A DNA stretch of 64,000 nucleotides. Source: the human T2T-CHM13v2.0 reference genome, Homo sapiens. Each line of letters begins with the position of its first letter. Within the stretch, counting starts at the first letter, position 1. A program made the translations under genes and the position numbers. Under the pieces are notes generated by a model. That model ran no database searches, was not told where the DNA came from, and worked only from the letters and a program-made list of their open reading frames with translations. Where the stretch lies: assembly GCF_009914755.1 (NCBI RefSeq), contig NC_060926.1. One strand, 5' to 3'. Positions 1-13,259 of the stretch are shown here, one piece after another.

Positions 1-140
1 CAAGGGTCTCCCACTGCCCAGAAATCGCTCCTACACCCTGCCTGGCACTGGAGTTCCCGGTGCACAAGGCAGTCCTGGCCCACAACTGGTGTTCAGAAGA
101 GGGAGAATGAGCCATGCTCAGAGAGGCCCTGGGAGGGTCA

Positions 141-323
<183 letters not shown>

Positions 324-489
324 TTACCAGGTGGAACCCACCTCACACGAGGGCGCTGGGGCGTTCAGGGCCTGCGGGCTGGGCCAACACAGCACCAACA
401 TGGCCTGCTCCCTGCCCAGCACCCAGGCACGGGAGCCTTGGGCACAGAGTCCCTGCGCAGCGCAGGGACACAAAGGCAGCAGGGCCTCA

Positions 490-672
<183 letters not shown>

Positions 673-687
673 TCAAGGAGAGAGTCA

Positions 688-951
<264 letters not shown>

Positions 952-1829
952 TCAGAGAGAGCCAGGAGCCAGCCGAGGAGGGGCACCGTAGACCCTGCCA
1001 CAGGCCCACGGGAGGGCTGTGCCACCCAGAGCCTGGGCTGGGGCCTCCATGAACCCACGCACCAGACCTGTGCCTGCCTTGTAGGGGGGCATCCACCTCC
1101 CCAGGTCTCAGTTTTCCCTGCTGTGGATGTGTGTCTTTGGATTCTACAGCCTATGGCTATGGGAGTTCTGAGCTGTCCTGGAAACAACTCACCACCTGCC
1201 TCTCTGCTCTGGTCTTCAGTTCAGCCGGACCCCCGCCTGCCAGGGCCCCTTGTCCAGCAGGTTAGCTCTCTCCCCTCCCCTTCTTGGGCATCCCCAATAC
1301 TGACAGCCCCTCCAAGAGAAAAGGCATTGGGCAGACAGACCACCCTCGCTCAGGGAGTAGGGCACCCAGGTTCCAGGTGACGGCACGGCCAGGTGGGCAG
1401 GGGTGAGAAGTGAGTCTAAGAAGGTGGGGACAGGAGCCACCTGAGTGTGGCATGGGGTGCACTTTGGGGACCTTCCTCCACCACTCTCTCAAGAGCAGAA
1501 GAGGAGACTGAGTGGTCCAGGTGCCACTGGACACAGCGCCGGCCCTTCACATGAGGACCGCAGGTAGGCAGCCTCAGGGGGGCAGCCCAGGAGCAGGCGA
1601 AGGAGCAGGCGAAGGGGGCAGTGGGAACGCGCCGTACTGTGGGGACCCAGAGGAGAGCTGGTCCAGAGAAGGGAGACAGGGTGGGGGTGGCTGCACCTCA
1701 GTGTCTGTTCTGGAGGCTCGTGTTGTCCACCTGCTCTGCGCCCCGACTTGGACCCTGGAGCGGCCGTGGTGGGAGATGGGCGGATCCAGGGGTCAGGGCA
1801 AACCCGGGAAAAGGGGCGCAGTGTGCTTA

Positions 1830-2159
<330 letters not shown>

Positions 2160-3574
2160 TCAAAGTGAGGGCACAGGAGCCAGAGCAGGCAGCAGACCCC
2201 TGACCGAATCTGCCACCCGTGGCTCAGTGACAACCAGGGCATGTCCCGGCACACTGACCACCCGCCTGCCCAGGGGCCCCAAAGCAGCCACGGCCTCATC
2301 ACAGCCCACCTTGATAGGAGTCACAAAGTCTATATTTTCAAAACCAAATCTTGCCCGCATTCCCAGGTGCTCAGGCAGAACCCAGGTAGCCCCTCCCCAT
2401 CCCCATGTGCAGAGACCACCCCACCAGCCCTGCTGGTCCCACCTCCAGAATCACAAAGTGCCTCTGCCACCATCTGGGTGAAGCTACCACCTGTCACCTG
2501 CCTAGACATTCAAGGGCCACCAACCGCCCCTCCACGCAACTCCCCAGGCCTGCCGGTGCATGCGCCCACACTCCCCAGCCTTCAAAGCTCTCAGTGGACC
2601 TGCTGCCTAAAGCCCTGAGCTCTGTCCTGCCATGGTCTGTGACAGTCAGCGCCTGCTCATGCAGGAGTCAGTGCTGAGGGAACAGCAAACTGACCTCGCC
2701 CGGGTCACGGGCAGGGCTGATGAGACTTCTGACACCACCAGTGCAAGGGCCGGTGCCTTTTCTAAGTTCCCTTCTCCACCACCACAGCCATTAGACAGGG
2801 AAACAATTAGGTATCACCCAACATAAAATGATCCAGTTGTAGGATGGCCGGCAGGAGGCCTGGCGACGCAGCCCAGGATAGGAGCACTTCCTAGGCACTA
2901 TCCCAGTCTGGTTTCCCAGTATATGACCTGGGATAGCAGGGGCTGTGGACCTGGGCACACAGACCTGGGCTCAGAGCTGCTGTACACCTTCCTAACTGGC
3001 GACACTCATCTGAGAGGTGGGGGTACCTCTCAACCCCATAGGGTGCAGGACAAAGGTAGAGCTTTGCACTGAGCTTGAACTCGGATCCTGGGAAATGGGA
3101 AACCTCCATGTGGACCCCAGAGAGCTCCTCTGACCAAGGGCAGACCAGGACGGCAGCTGCCCTCACAAGGACATGGGCCGGCCCCACGGCCTCTGGTGCA
3201 GCCCCACTCTCAGGAAGTGGCTGTCAGGGTGGGGGCCAGTGGGAGGAAGTGCTCAGGATGGCTCCGCTCAGCCATCCTGACCACTTGGTGGGAGCTGCTG
3301 GCACAAGGCAGGATTGGGAGGACCTGGTGAGGTGGGGGTGGCACCTCCTGGAGGGGAGACAGAGGTGATAGGTGTTCCCAGCTTCCCTGAGTATTGCAGC
3401 CCTGGTAAACACCCCACCTTCCAGCAGCAGGGCTGGGGCCCTTCCCTGGTGTTCACCCTCACTCCCCAGCTGGGCCCCCTGATTCTCAGCACTGTGGTAT
3501 CACAGTGACTGGATGACAAGCAATGACATGGCCAGTGGGAGGTGCTATAAACAGCATTTAGAAATTATGGGCTA

Positions 3575-3898
3575 GGCTGGGCAGGGTGGCTGGCCAGGCG
3601 TGGTGGCTCACGCCTGAAATTCCAGCACTTTGGGAGGCCGAGATGGGCAGATTACTTGAGGTCAGGAGTTCGAGAGCAGCCTGGCCAACATGGTGAAACC
3701 CCGTCTCTACTAAAAATAAAAAAATTAGCTGGGCGTGATGACGCACCCCTGTAGTCCCAGCTACTCTACTCGGCAGGCTGAGGCAGGAGAATCGCTTGAA
3801 CTGGGAGGCAGAGGTTGCACAGTGAGCCGAGATCCAGCCACTGCACTCCAGCCTGGCGACAGAGCAAGACTTTGTCCAAAAAAAAAAAAAGAAAAGAA
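3575..3898 (+). mobile_element. Alu (AluS-like), full length, with duplicated 5' head
   Basis: Dimeric Alu body, A tail, 15-bp target-site duplication AGAAATTATGGGCTA at 3560-3574 and 3899-3913. Confidence 0.95.
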
Positions 3899-5078
3899 AG
3901 AAATTATGGGCTAAGGAGAATTTAACATTAGAGTCAAATTAACTTCATTAATTAGGTGGGATTAAAATCACCCAAGGCAGCCAGGATAGCAGAGCCGGGA
4001 GAACCAGACATCTTGCATCTTGCAGGGGATATGAGGTAACTCAGGGTGGAGAATATGAGCCATCTCGGAGTTGGGGGACTTGCCATCTGGGGAGGGGTAT
4101 GGCCATCTCAGCCTGCTCCAGGTCGCTCCTCTAAGCAGCCCCAGCCCGGCAGCCAGGAGCCCCCCTGCAGCCATGGATGCACGTCCTCTCTGCATCCATC
4201 TGCCTGTCTGTGTGTCTGTCTGTCTGTACTACTCCCTCCCTAGGGTGCCCAGGCAGCCAAGGCCTTTGAGAGGAAAAAGAGTGCTCCTTGGTGAGGGGAG
4301 ACCTTGGTGGAGGAGCCCGGGGCAGGCAGGGAAGGGAGTGGGACCTTCCCTCACGGCACAAGCCGCCTGTTGCCCTGCAGCTTCCAGGCAGCCAAGCGCT
4401 CTCACATCTGTGTTCTCAAGTACCCTTCAACATTCCTATCAGGTGGGGAGCATTACAACGGATCCCGGATCCCGTTTACATGTGAGCAAACCAAGGCTCA
4501 GACACTCTGGGGCTGCCCTGGTGCCTCTGGCCATCCGGAGCAGGCTGAGCAGCACCAGTCTCCACCTCCCACAAGGGAGGGGCTTGTGTCTTCAGGCCCA
4601 GTGTGGAGGGGGACAGGCCTGTGCCTGAGAGACCAGGGAATGCATCAGGGAACCAGAAGCACCCCAGGGAGGGCTGCCCTGAGCAGGGCCCAGGGGCCAG
4701 GGACTGGGCCTCACACGCCTTTCCTGGGGCTGCAGAGACAGCCGGGTGGGTGGAATGTGTTGACAGAGAGCACTTGCTCTGCAGCAGGCTGGGGGAGGGA
4801 TCCAGGTGGTCTTGGGTCCATATGGGACTGCCTGATGGGAAGGTGGAAACCCCCAACCAGAGCAGGCTCAGATGGCACTGGGCTCAGCCTGCACAGCCCC
4901 CAAGGCACCTCCAGCTGACCCTGGGGAGTCCAGAGCCAAGAGCTGGGCAGCAGGGGCTTCCCCTCCAGGGCCCACTGCGGGGCAGCAGCCCGGGGCGCCA
5001 GCCCAGGACAGCGTGGAAAAACAGCTTCAGGTTGACCCCAGGGAGAGTGGAGGGCCAGCTGAGGCCAGCTTCCCACTA

Positions 5079-5330
<252 letters not shown>

Positions 5331-8300
5331 TCATGGGCCACCCCTCCACGCATGTTCTGAACGGCAGCGGTGGCAGCATGGCCTGGCTCACGACACAACA
5401 TGGAGCTGCAAAGCAGAGGGAAGCCGCCGGACAGGACAGCCAAGGCCAGGACAGCAAGAGCGGGCGGGGACAGGCAGGGCAGGCACTCACAGGAGACAGG
5501 AGGTGGAGGGACAGAGAGGAGGACGAGGAATGAGCTGCGGAGAGCAGAGGCACAGTCCAGCTGGGCCCGGACCTGGCTGCCTGAGAAGGGAGCAGCCGAG
5601 GAGGGAGGTTTCAGCCTGCTTCAAGGAGGACGGGGGCCAGACCAGGACCCAGACCACACTGCACTGCCCCCCTTTTCACACTGGCACTGATGGCCAGCAT
5701 CGCTCTGCCTCCTGCCCACTTCCCAGGGGTCCCTGATGCTCACGGACCCCGCAGAACCCCTTCCCCAGACAGAAACTCGGCAGGTGGGAGCTCCGAGGTG
5801 AGTTGGCCAAGATGAGGCACCCCCAGCCCAGGGCCCAGGGAGGTGCTGAATGGAGCCCTGAGGACACCCCCAGGGCCACGGTGCGGCCCAGCCTGCCCTG
5901 TCAGAGACCCAGAGCACCAAGATCCCCCTTTCCTAGGACCGGCCTAGGCAGAGACCACGAGTACCTACGGTCGCCAGATAGCTGCTGCGTTCCCTGTGCT
6001 GACCAATATGTGGGCAGCTGGGAGGACAGAGAGGACCCTGGAAGACCCCACGCCACACAGCCAGGCGGAAGGATACCCTGCTTCCTGCTCCAGGCAGGTG
6101 TGGCTCTGAGCACCATGACCTCCAGCATGGGAAAGGGCCGTGCCTGGGGCCCTCGATTCCAGAGCAGATACTGATGAGGGGATGAGTGAGACTCAGCGGG
6201 CTGTGAACGCCCAACACCTCTCTCAGGTGGGCTCCTGACCTTGCTCCCTCCACACCCTAATACCCCTGACCTTCCTGCAGCAGCAAGTCAGAAACCAGCA
6301 GCACAGGGGCCCCTCCTACTCATCAAATCCATCAGTTCCACCTCAAAAGTCTTCAAGAAGCCCCCCTCAACTGTCCCATCACCACCAGCCACCCTGCCAT
6401 GGCCCCCACAGCAGACAGAAAGGTCTTAAGGCACCAGTCAGACACATCCCCCCATGCCCTTGGTGACACTCAAGCTCCTTGCAGGGGTGTCCATGCCCCA
6501 TGTGGCCCTGGGGGTCCAGGCCCTGCCTCCCCAGCACAGTCAAGCTCAGCCTTGTGGCCCATGGGTCCATGGATGCCCCGGGTGTCTCTGTTTCCAATGC
6601 AGAAGCCCTACCCTCCATCTCATCTGCGGCCTCAAGCCTCCTCAGAGGCCCCAGAATCCCAGTCACTGTCAGGACCTTCCCCTTGGCCGTCTCGTTCATT
6701 CTGACTTTACACATCCTCATGGCACCTCCCTCGCTTTCTGAGTGGCCCTGCTAAGCTGAGACCTCACCAACGCCCTCACTGCAAAATGGCCCAGGCTCCC
6801 AACAGGAAAAGGGTCTTGCTGCCCTCCAGGGGCCTGAAAGTCTCCTCAGGCCTCTCTCCGGGGGTAAAGGAAGCCCCTGGTGGCTTTTTGGGCCCTCTCC
6901 CCAGCACAACGCCCCCTCTGAAGATGCCCCCCGAGAAGCGAGTACCCCACACCAATGGAGCCCATCAGGGACTTGTTACCCACAGGGCTGCAGGCGGCTC
7001 TGCCTGACTTAGGTGTGGGGGCTGGAGCTCCACTGCCCTGGGCCACCCACCCAGGTTATGTCCAGAAGCGCCCATGGAAGCTCACCCTGGCCCTAGTCAC
7101 GAGAGGACACTGAGGCCCACAGGGCGGGGCCCCTCCCCACAGTCCTGCTGGGTGCTCCGCAGGCAGGGACTCACCAGCATCCCCTTGGGAGGGGGACGGC
7201 AATGCCTTCCCTCCCCAGGGCACCCCGGGCTCCTGGACAAGGGTCTCTGCTTGACAGTGGGGGTGGGAAAAGGGGCTGCTACAAACTGAGCAAAGCTAAG
7301 TTGTCCAGGAGTGGGGGTGGGGAGAGCCAGAACTTGGGCCGCCAGACAGCACGGCTCTTCCCCGTGGCTGGCGCACCACACTGGGGGAGACATAATGAGA
7401 CCAGACGGGACAGCCCATGCTGTGGGGCTCTGAGCCAGCCCCTGCCCTCCAGCCCCCACCCACCCCACATTTTCCCAGAGCTAGTGCCCACTGCAAAAAT
7501 CCCAGGGTTGGAGGGCAGAAGGGCACTGAGGATGAAGAGACTGCCCCCACCCCACTCTGCAGGAAGCCCATGGGGTGGTGCTCGGAGACGGGGCAGGACC
7601 TGGGACCACTCCCACTGTGGGCCAGGTGAGGACACTCAGGCACGGGGTTCCTGAATCCATTGGCGCAGCTCACAGGAAGGAGAGGCTAGAGCTGTCCAGG
7701 GCCACCCAGACAGGGTCAGACACTACCTTTCCTACCCCCAAAGACCCATCACCACAGCTGCCTTCCCAAAGCTTAGGGCAATTCCACAGGGGCTGCTGGC
7801 AGTGAGCAGAGCCCTGGGCTCTGGGGCCATCCACATGTGCCACTCATGGCACCACAAAGGTGACCCACCAACTTCTGAGCTCCCCAGGACCACACCCAGA
7901 GGGAGGAGACTTCTGCACCTGAGCTAGAGAAGGGGCCACTCCCTTCCCACTCTTAGCTCTCAGGGTCTCACACTGATCCCCTCCTCACTCTCCCCCACTG
8001 CCCTGAAAGGCCAGGTCCAAGGGGGTCTGAGGCAGTGCATAGAGAGGTAAACTGAGGCAGGGGCCAGGCCCATCCCAGGTCACATTGTGAGGCTGTAGCA
8101 GGCAGGCCCCATCCTGGCTCTCTCCACAAGGGCTCCCTGCTGAACAAACGCTGTGTGGAACTGACTCTGAGGAGACGCCTTCTGCCATGTTGCCAACTGT
8201 GGGCTCAGGCTCCAGCAGCACAGCACAGACTCGAGTGCCCCACAAATCAGACAGGGGCTGGGCTCGAGGAGGAGGCCCAAGCCCCTCGCAACCCCAGGCT

Positions 8301-11300
8301 CCGATCATCCCATTATGAAGCAACATGGCAGAAATCACAGCAGCCGGCATCTGTGGAGGCTCCCTAGGGGCCAAGCACAGTGGCGAGCACACAGGGCCTT
8401 TTGCTCTTCTACCTCCTGGGAGGCAGTGCACCCCCATCTCCTCGCCAGGGCACGTCCTAATAAACAGCCATCTCAACTCAACCAGCTGCACCCTTCTTTC
8501 TTAGAGATGCAAAAAATCCACCCAGGGTCTCAGCACATTAGAACGATGAAATATGGTACTTATACCTCATCGCACAGAGGACAACCCTGAGGCAAAGAGA
8601 TTAAGGAAGTCACCAGGGCCTGGCAGCAAGGGCCTGCAAGGGACTCATCTCCAGCTCAACTGTGTGGACACCAAGCTCCACCACCTACTTCTAGGGCCAG
8701 GGTTGGCTTCCATGGGCACCTCCTCACCCACTCTGAGTGGGCAATTCACCTGGGCACCTGCTTAGTTATCACAGCTGATTGATTAAGCAGATCGATTGTT
8801 TCATGCTTTTTTGGACTGTCCTCATGCTGGGGGCTGGGAGGACCCAGACACTGTAGCATCACAGACTGCTGCTAACTGCTTTCAAACAGATGGGCAAGAT
8901 GCAGCCCAGACTGTGCCCCAAAGGTGGGGACTGCTGGGGGTGGGGCCCCGAGGGACATCCAGGTAGAGGTTATACAATGAAAAGGACCCCGGAGGTCTGA
9001 CACCAAATGCTCCCCCATCTCTACAGCACCCTGTGAGCATCCTCATGGCACTGACCTCGGGCCCCAGGCCACCGGTGGGACATGTGGATCTGGCTGTGGC
9101 TCTAGTGCTGGGTGCTCTCCTGCTCTCCTCTCCCCACTGCCCGTCCCAGTCTGCCTGGCTCAGTGATAGACTTGTTCAGCCAGAAGGGACCTCTAGGGCC
9201 CTGAATCCACTGCCCCAGTGGCAGCAACAGCCTCAAGAGAGCTGTGAGCTGGGCCCGGAAGGTGCCCCTCCACTCTGCGAAGAGCCCATGCCAACCAATG
9301 CACCCGAAGTGTGAGGTGATGGGGCAGAGCACTGGTGCCTGGCATCTTGGAGCCTGGCGTCTCTGCCCAGTGGAGACACCCTCCAGGGCCGCAGGTCTCA
9401 CATGCTGGGCAGGCCATGCCCCCACCTGCCCTCTAGGTGCCAGAAATAACCTGACATCAGTTGGGAACCAGAGCGTAGCCCAGGCCTGTCCCTACCAGCC
9501 ACAGACACACCCAACGCAGAGTGGCTCTCAGGATCTCGGGCCGAGAGACGCCATCCGCAGCCATGCTACAAATACCAAGACAGAGGGGCCCCAGCCCACC
9601 AAGAGCACCATGTGGGACCCAAGGGAGTGGCGTGGCCTTGCCAGTCCAGAGGGCACAGAGCTGACCCAGAGTGAAGCCCTCGAGCTGGAGCAACGTTTAT
9701 CGACCCAGCCCTAGACACCTGCGCTCCCTCCCCAGCCCTGCTCCCCTCCCAGGGACCCTTATCCCAGGCAGTCAGCCTCTCGCCCTGCTCTCTCTGCAGC
9801 TCCTGTGCCCACCCACCCTTCCTGTGTTTCCTACCCCTCCTATGCCAGGGGAAATCAGAGCCCCAGGCCCACTCCTGTTGGAATATGGGCAGTGGTCACC
9901 AACCCACCTGCCTCCCCAGGTCACCTGGTGCCCCAGACCGCCAGAGGCAGAGGCCCCTGGGGGCTGACCCTGGCCTTGGGTGAGGAGCCCCAGTGCAGAA
10001 CACAGGAGGCCAGTGCTGGATAGGCCTTCCGCAGAGGCCAGGGTACCTTGAAGCAGACTGAAACCCAGCCCGAGAGAGGCAGCAGCAGAGGCAGACAGAG
10101 CGAGGGCTGAGTGTGGCGGGAGGGAGGGAGGAGGCAGGTGCTAACCACAGATTGGTGAGGTGCAAAGACGCATGCTGGGACCCAGGGAAGCCTTTCCAGA
10201 GGGGACAAGAGTGGGTGCCCCAATTTCGCTGAAGCTTTGGAGAGAGAGCCAGCAGCTACCAGAAGGTTAAAGGAAAATCAACGAGGGGCCTTCCCAGGGC
10301 CGGGCCTGCACAGCTGCTGCATGGGAGAAGCCAATTCTTGCCAAACCAAAAAGATCAAGATGATTCCCAATGAAGCCCTTCACAGACCACCCCGCAATAT
10401 GGGGGCCAGGTCTCTCTTTGATGACTTTTGTTTGGTTTGGTAGTTTTGTAAAATCTCAAATCCACAAAAGGGGAAAAAAATGTTGGAAGGACCCAGCTCT
10501 TTCTGGCTGAGACTGCGAGAGCCCCACCCCACTTCTCCTGATGTCCTCATCCCCCTGTGCGTCCTGATCCCTCACCTACCTGACACCCGGAGCCACTCCT
10601 GGGGCCCAGGAGGTGCAGGGGGCCTGGCCCTACGGCCCGGGGCTTTCTGAGAGAGGCCTGCATGGAACTGGCCTTGGGGTCCACTGCTCCCTCTTGGGCC
10701 CTGCAGAGTGGGAAGTACAGGCCCAGAGCATCTCGGAGGGAGAGTGCCACAGGTTTTTATCTGGTAGGCCAGCTTATCTCACCTCACAGCCTAGTAACAC
10801 TCATGAAAAATTAATCAGAATAAATCCATGGCACCTGCCCATGAGGACCTGCTGTCTTCCAAGAGGGAGGGTGAGGCTTTCCTTCCACCATCTCCACCCA
10901 AGGACAGAGTAAAGCCCGTGTAAACCCTGCGATCTGGGGCCACCCTTAGCCTTCAGCTGTCAGCGCTGCTGCTCCAAGCTCCAGACTTTTGAAAACTTCC
11001 ACTGGCCTAGCCCAGGGAAGCAATCTTAATCGCCAAAAAAAGGTTGCTATTAAGAATTATCTTATGACATTCATATATGTAAAATATATAAATTCAGCTG
11101 TTTCGTGAGCTGACCTTCTGACTACTACAGCCAGGTTTCTAGATCTTTCCTTCACCTGACTTCCCTTCCATGATAACAGAAAGGCAGCTGGATTTGCCAA
11201 ATCTGCCAGCAGGGTGGGACGTCTGCTCCCTGGGTCTGGGCTTCCCCAGCCTCCATTCTGTCTCCCAACCGTGGCTTCTCATCCATTTGGGCAACGTGAT

Positions 11301-12086
11301 AACCAGCTTCTCTCTGCAAAGGGCACATTCCATGAGGGCATTGGGCCACATGCCGCCATCTCTGGCCATGACAACCGAGGAGGTCAGGAGGGATGGAGTA
11401 GTCCTCACCTTTAGACAGGCATGTTTTGCCCAGGCCCCATCATTTCAGAGGGAGATGGGAGGGTTAGCAGCTGCCTCCCACTCCTAAAAGTGGCCTCAGG
11501 ATGGCTGCCTCTGAGTTCAGCTCCTTTCCCCAAAGAGAGTGGAGAGCACTGAGAGCAGCCGGGAGCCTCTGTCTCTTCTGGATGACAGCTGAGCTGGGGT
11601 GAGGCTGCCTCCGCTAGGACAGTGTTGATTCCCAGGAGAATGACAGGACGGGCATCCTGCTTGGGGGCGGCTGGCCCTCACCTATCAAATGCCCCTTGGG
11701 CCCTGCACTGGGACTTTCAGGGAGGAACTCGGCCATTGGGTGCCTGAGCCACTCCGGGGTTCCTACGGCCTCTCTGCAGAAATAGTCCCACCTGCCTGGG
11801 GCCACAGCTGCAAGCTCCGGGGTGCACTACCTCTTCTGTACCTGGAACCCAGACTCTTCCCTGCCGGCCCAAAGCGACCGTCTCCAGGATGGGTGAGCAG
11901 CCCCACTGCAAGGATGCAGGGCCCGGGGGCCCTCGGGTGCTCTCCTCAGGAGGCCAGCCCCTCCACCTGCCTCGCCTGCCCTGGGAGGGCCCGGGCCAGG
12001 CCCCAGCGGTTCCTCTGTGCCCGCAGCAGTGCTCCTGTGCAAAAGAGCTGGGTCCTCCCCAGCATGCTCTCCTCGACCTCACCAAC

Positions 12087-12356
12087 CTTCCTACTAAACT
12101 GAACAGGGGGGGCCGGTCGTAAAACGGGTCCCGGCCGTCGCACAGCGCGTGCTCCGGAAAGACGTCGTCCTCCAGGTCCTCCTCCTCCTCATCCTCCTCC
12201 TCCTCCTCCTCCTCCTCCCCCACGCTCTGCTCCTCGGCAGGCTCGGTGGCGTCGGAGTCGGGGCTCGAGAAGGTGGGGGAGGGGGTGAGAGCAGCCATGC
12301 GCTCGCTCATGCATGTGTTGAGAAGAGGGTAGCTGTTGCAGCCAGAGATGGCTGAA
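12087..12356 (-). CDS. KIF1A: KIF1A alternatively spliced exon 27 ('25b', poly-Glu; SSAISGCNSY...PPLFSLVG)
   Basis: ctaacctcag|TTC acceptor, AAG|gttggt donor, 270 nt, phase 2-2 symmetric; contains a GAG tract. Confidence 0.95.
12179..12217 (-). repeat. Coding (GAG)8 GAT (GAG)4 trinucleotide tract
   Basis: Direct triplet count in exon 27. Confidence 0.95.
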
Positions 12357-13121
12357 CTGAGGTTAGTGCGACAAGACAGAGAGAAGTTAACACCAGCGAC
12401 TCGCAGGGACGAACAGGGGCCGGGGCCGGGGCTGGGGGGCTTCTGTTTAAAACCAAAACCAAACACACAGACCATCGAGAATGCTGCTTTAAAAGATGAG
12501 AGAACCAAAACTGTGCCCCCAGGCTTGGAAAGAAATCACATGTATGGCCAGCAGGAAGGTTCCGGAAGGTTCCGGAGGACACCTGCAGGTGGGACTGAGA
12601 ACAGGGGTCTCGGCTGGGAGTGGCTGAGGCCATATGAGGACCTCGAGAGTTTGGCCACGTTGAGGCCTCAGAATACCACGGTCCCATGGGGTGAAGGGGG
12701 CTGGGTGCAGACCCCAGACTGGAGACCGGGGAAGGAGGCAGCCATTTGTAAGGCTCAGGTGACACAGCCCTGCCTCCATGTTCCCACCCTCAGGACCAAC
12801 AGGTGACCTGGAAAGTTTGCTTGGGAGCCTCACATATTCATACACATGGACCCATGGGTTCTGGCGGCTACAGCCCTGCAGTGGGTTTGGGTGGCAGTGC
12901 CAAGACCCCATCCCACGTCCCCTGAAATAACAGGCCCTGTGGTGTGTGGAGAGGAATGGCTGGGAGGAACCTCAGGCCAGGGAGGACAGGGCTGGGAATA
13001 TGGGGCTGGAAAAGCACTTGTCAGGGCCGCTCCTTGTATCAGGCCAGGGCCCACTCCTACCCCCACTGCCATCTCTCTCTCTCAATCTCTCTCTCTGCCA
13101 AGGAAGGGAGGAGGCGCCCAC

Positions 13122-13259
13122 CTGCCCACCAGCCGGAACCAGGGGAAGCGGTCATAGAAGGGGTCTCCGCCGGTCACCACGTTGTCACAGTCCTCGATGA
13201 CACTGGAGGGCACCTCTGCAGCGCGGTCGTACATCTCCCGCATCAGGTCCAGACGCTGC
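13122..13259 (-). CDS. KIF1A: KIF1A exon 26 ([12 protein letters not shown]...PWFRLVG)
   Basis: ctgcag|GCAG acceptor, CAG|gtgggc donor, 138 nt. Confidence 0.97.
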
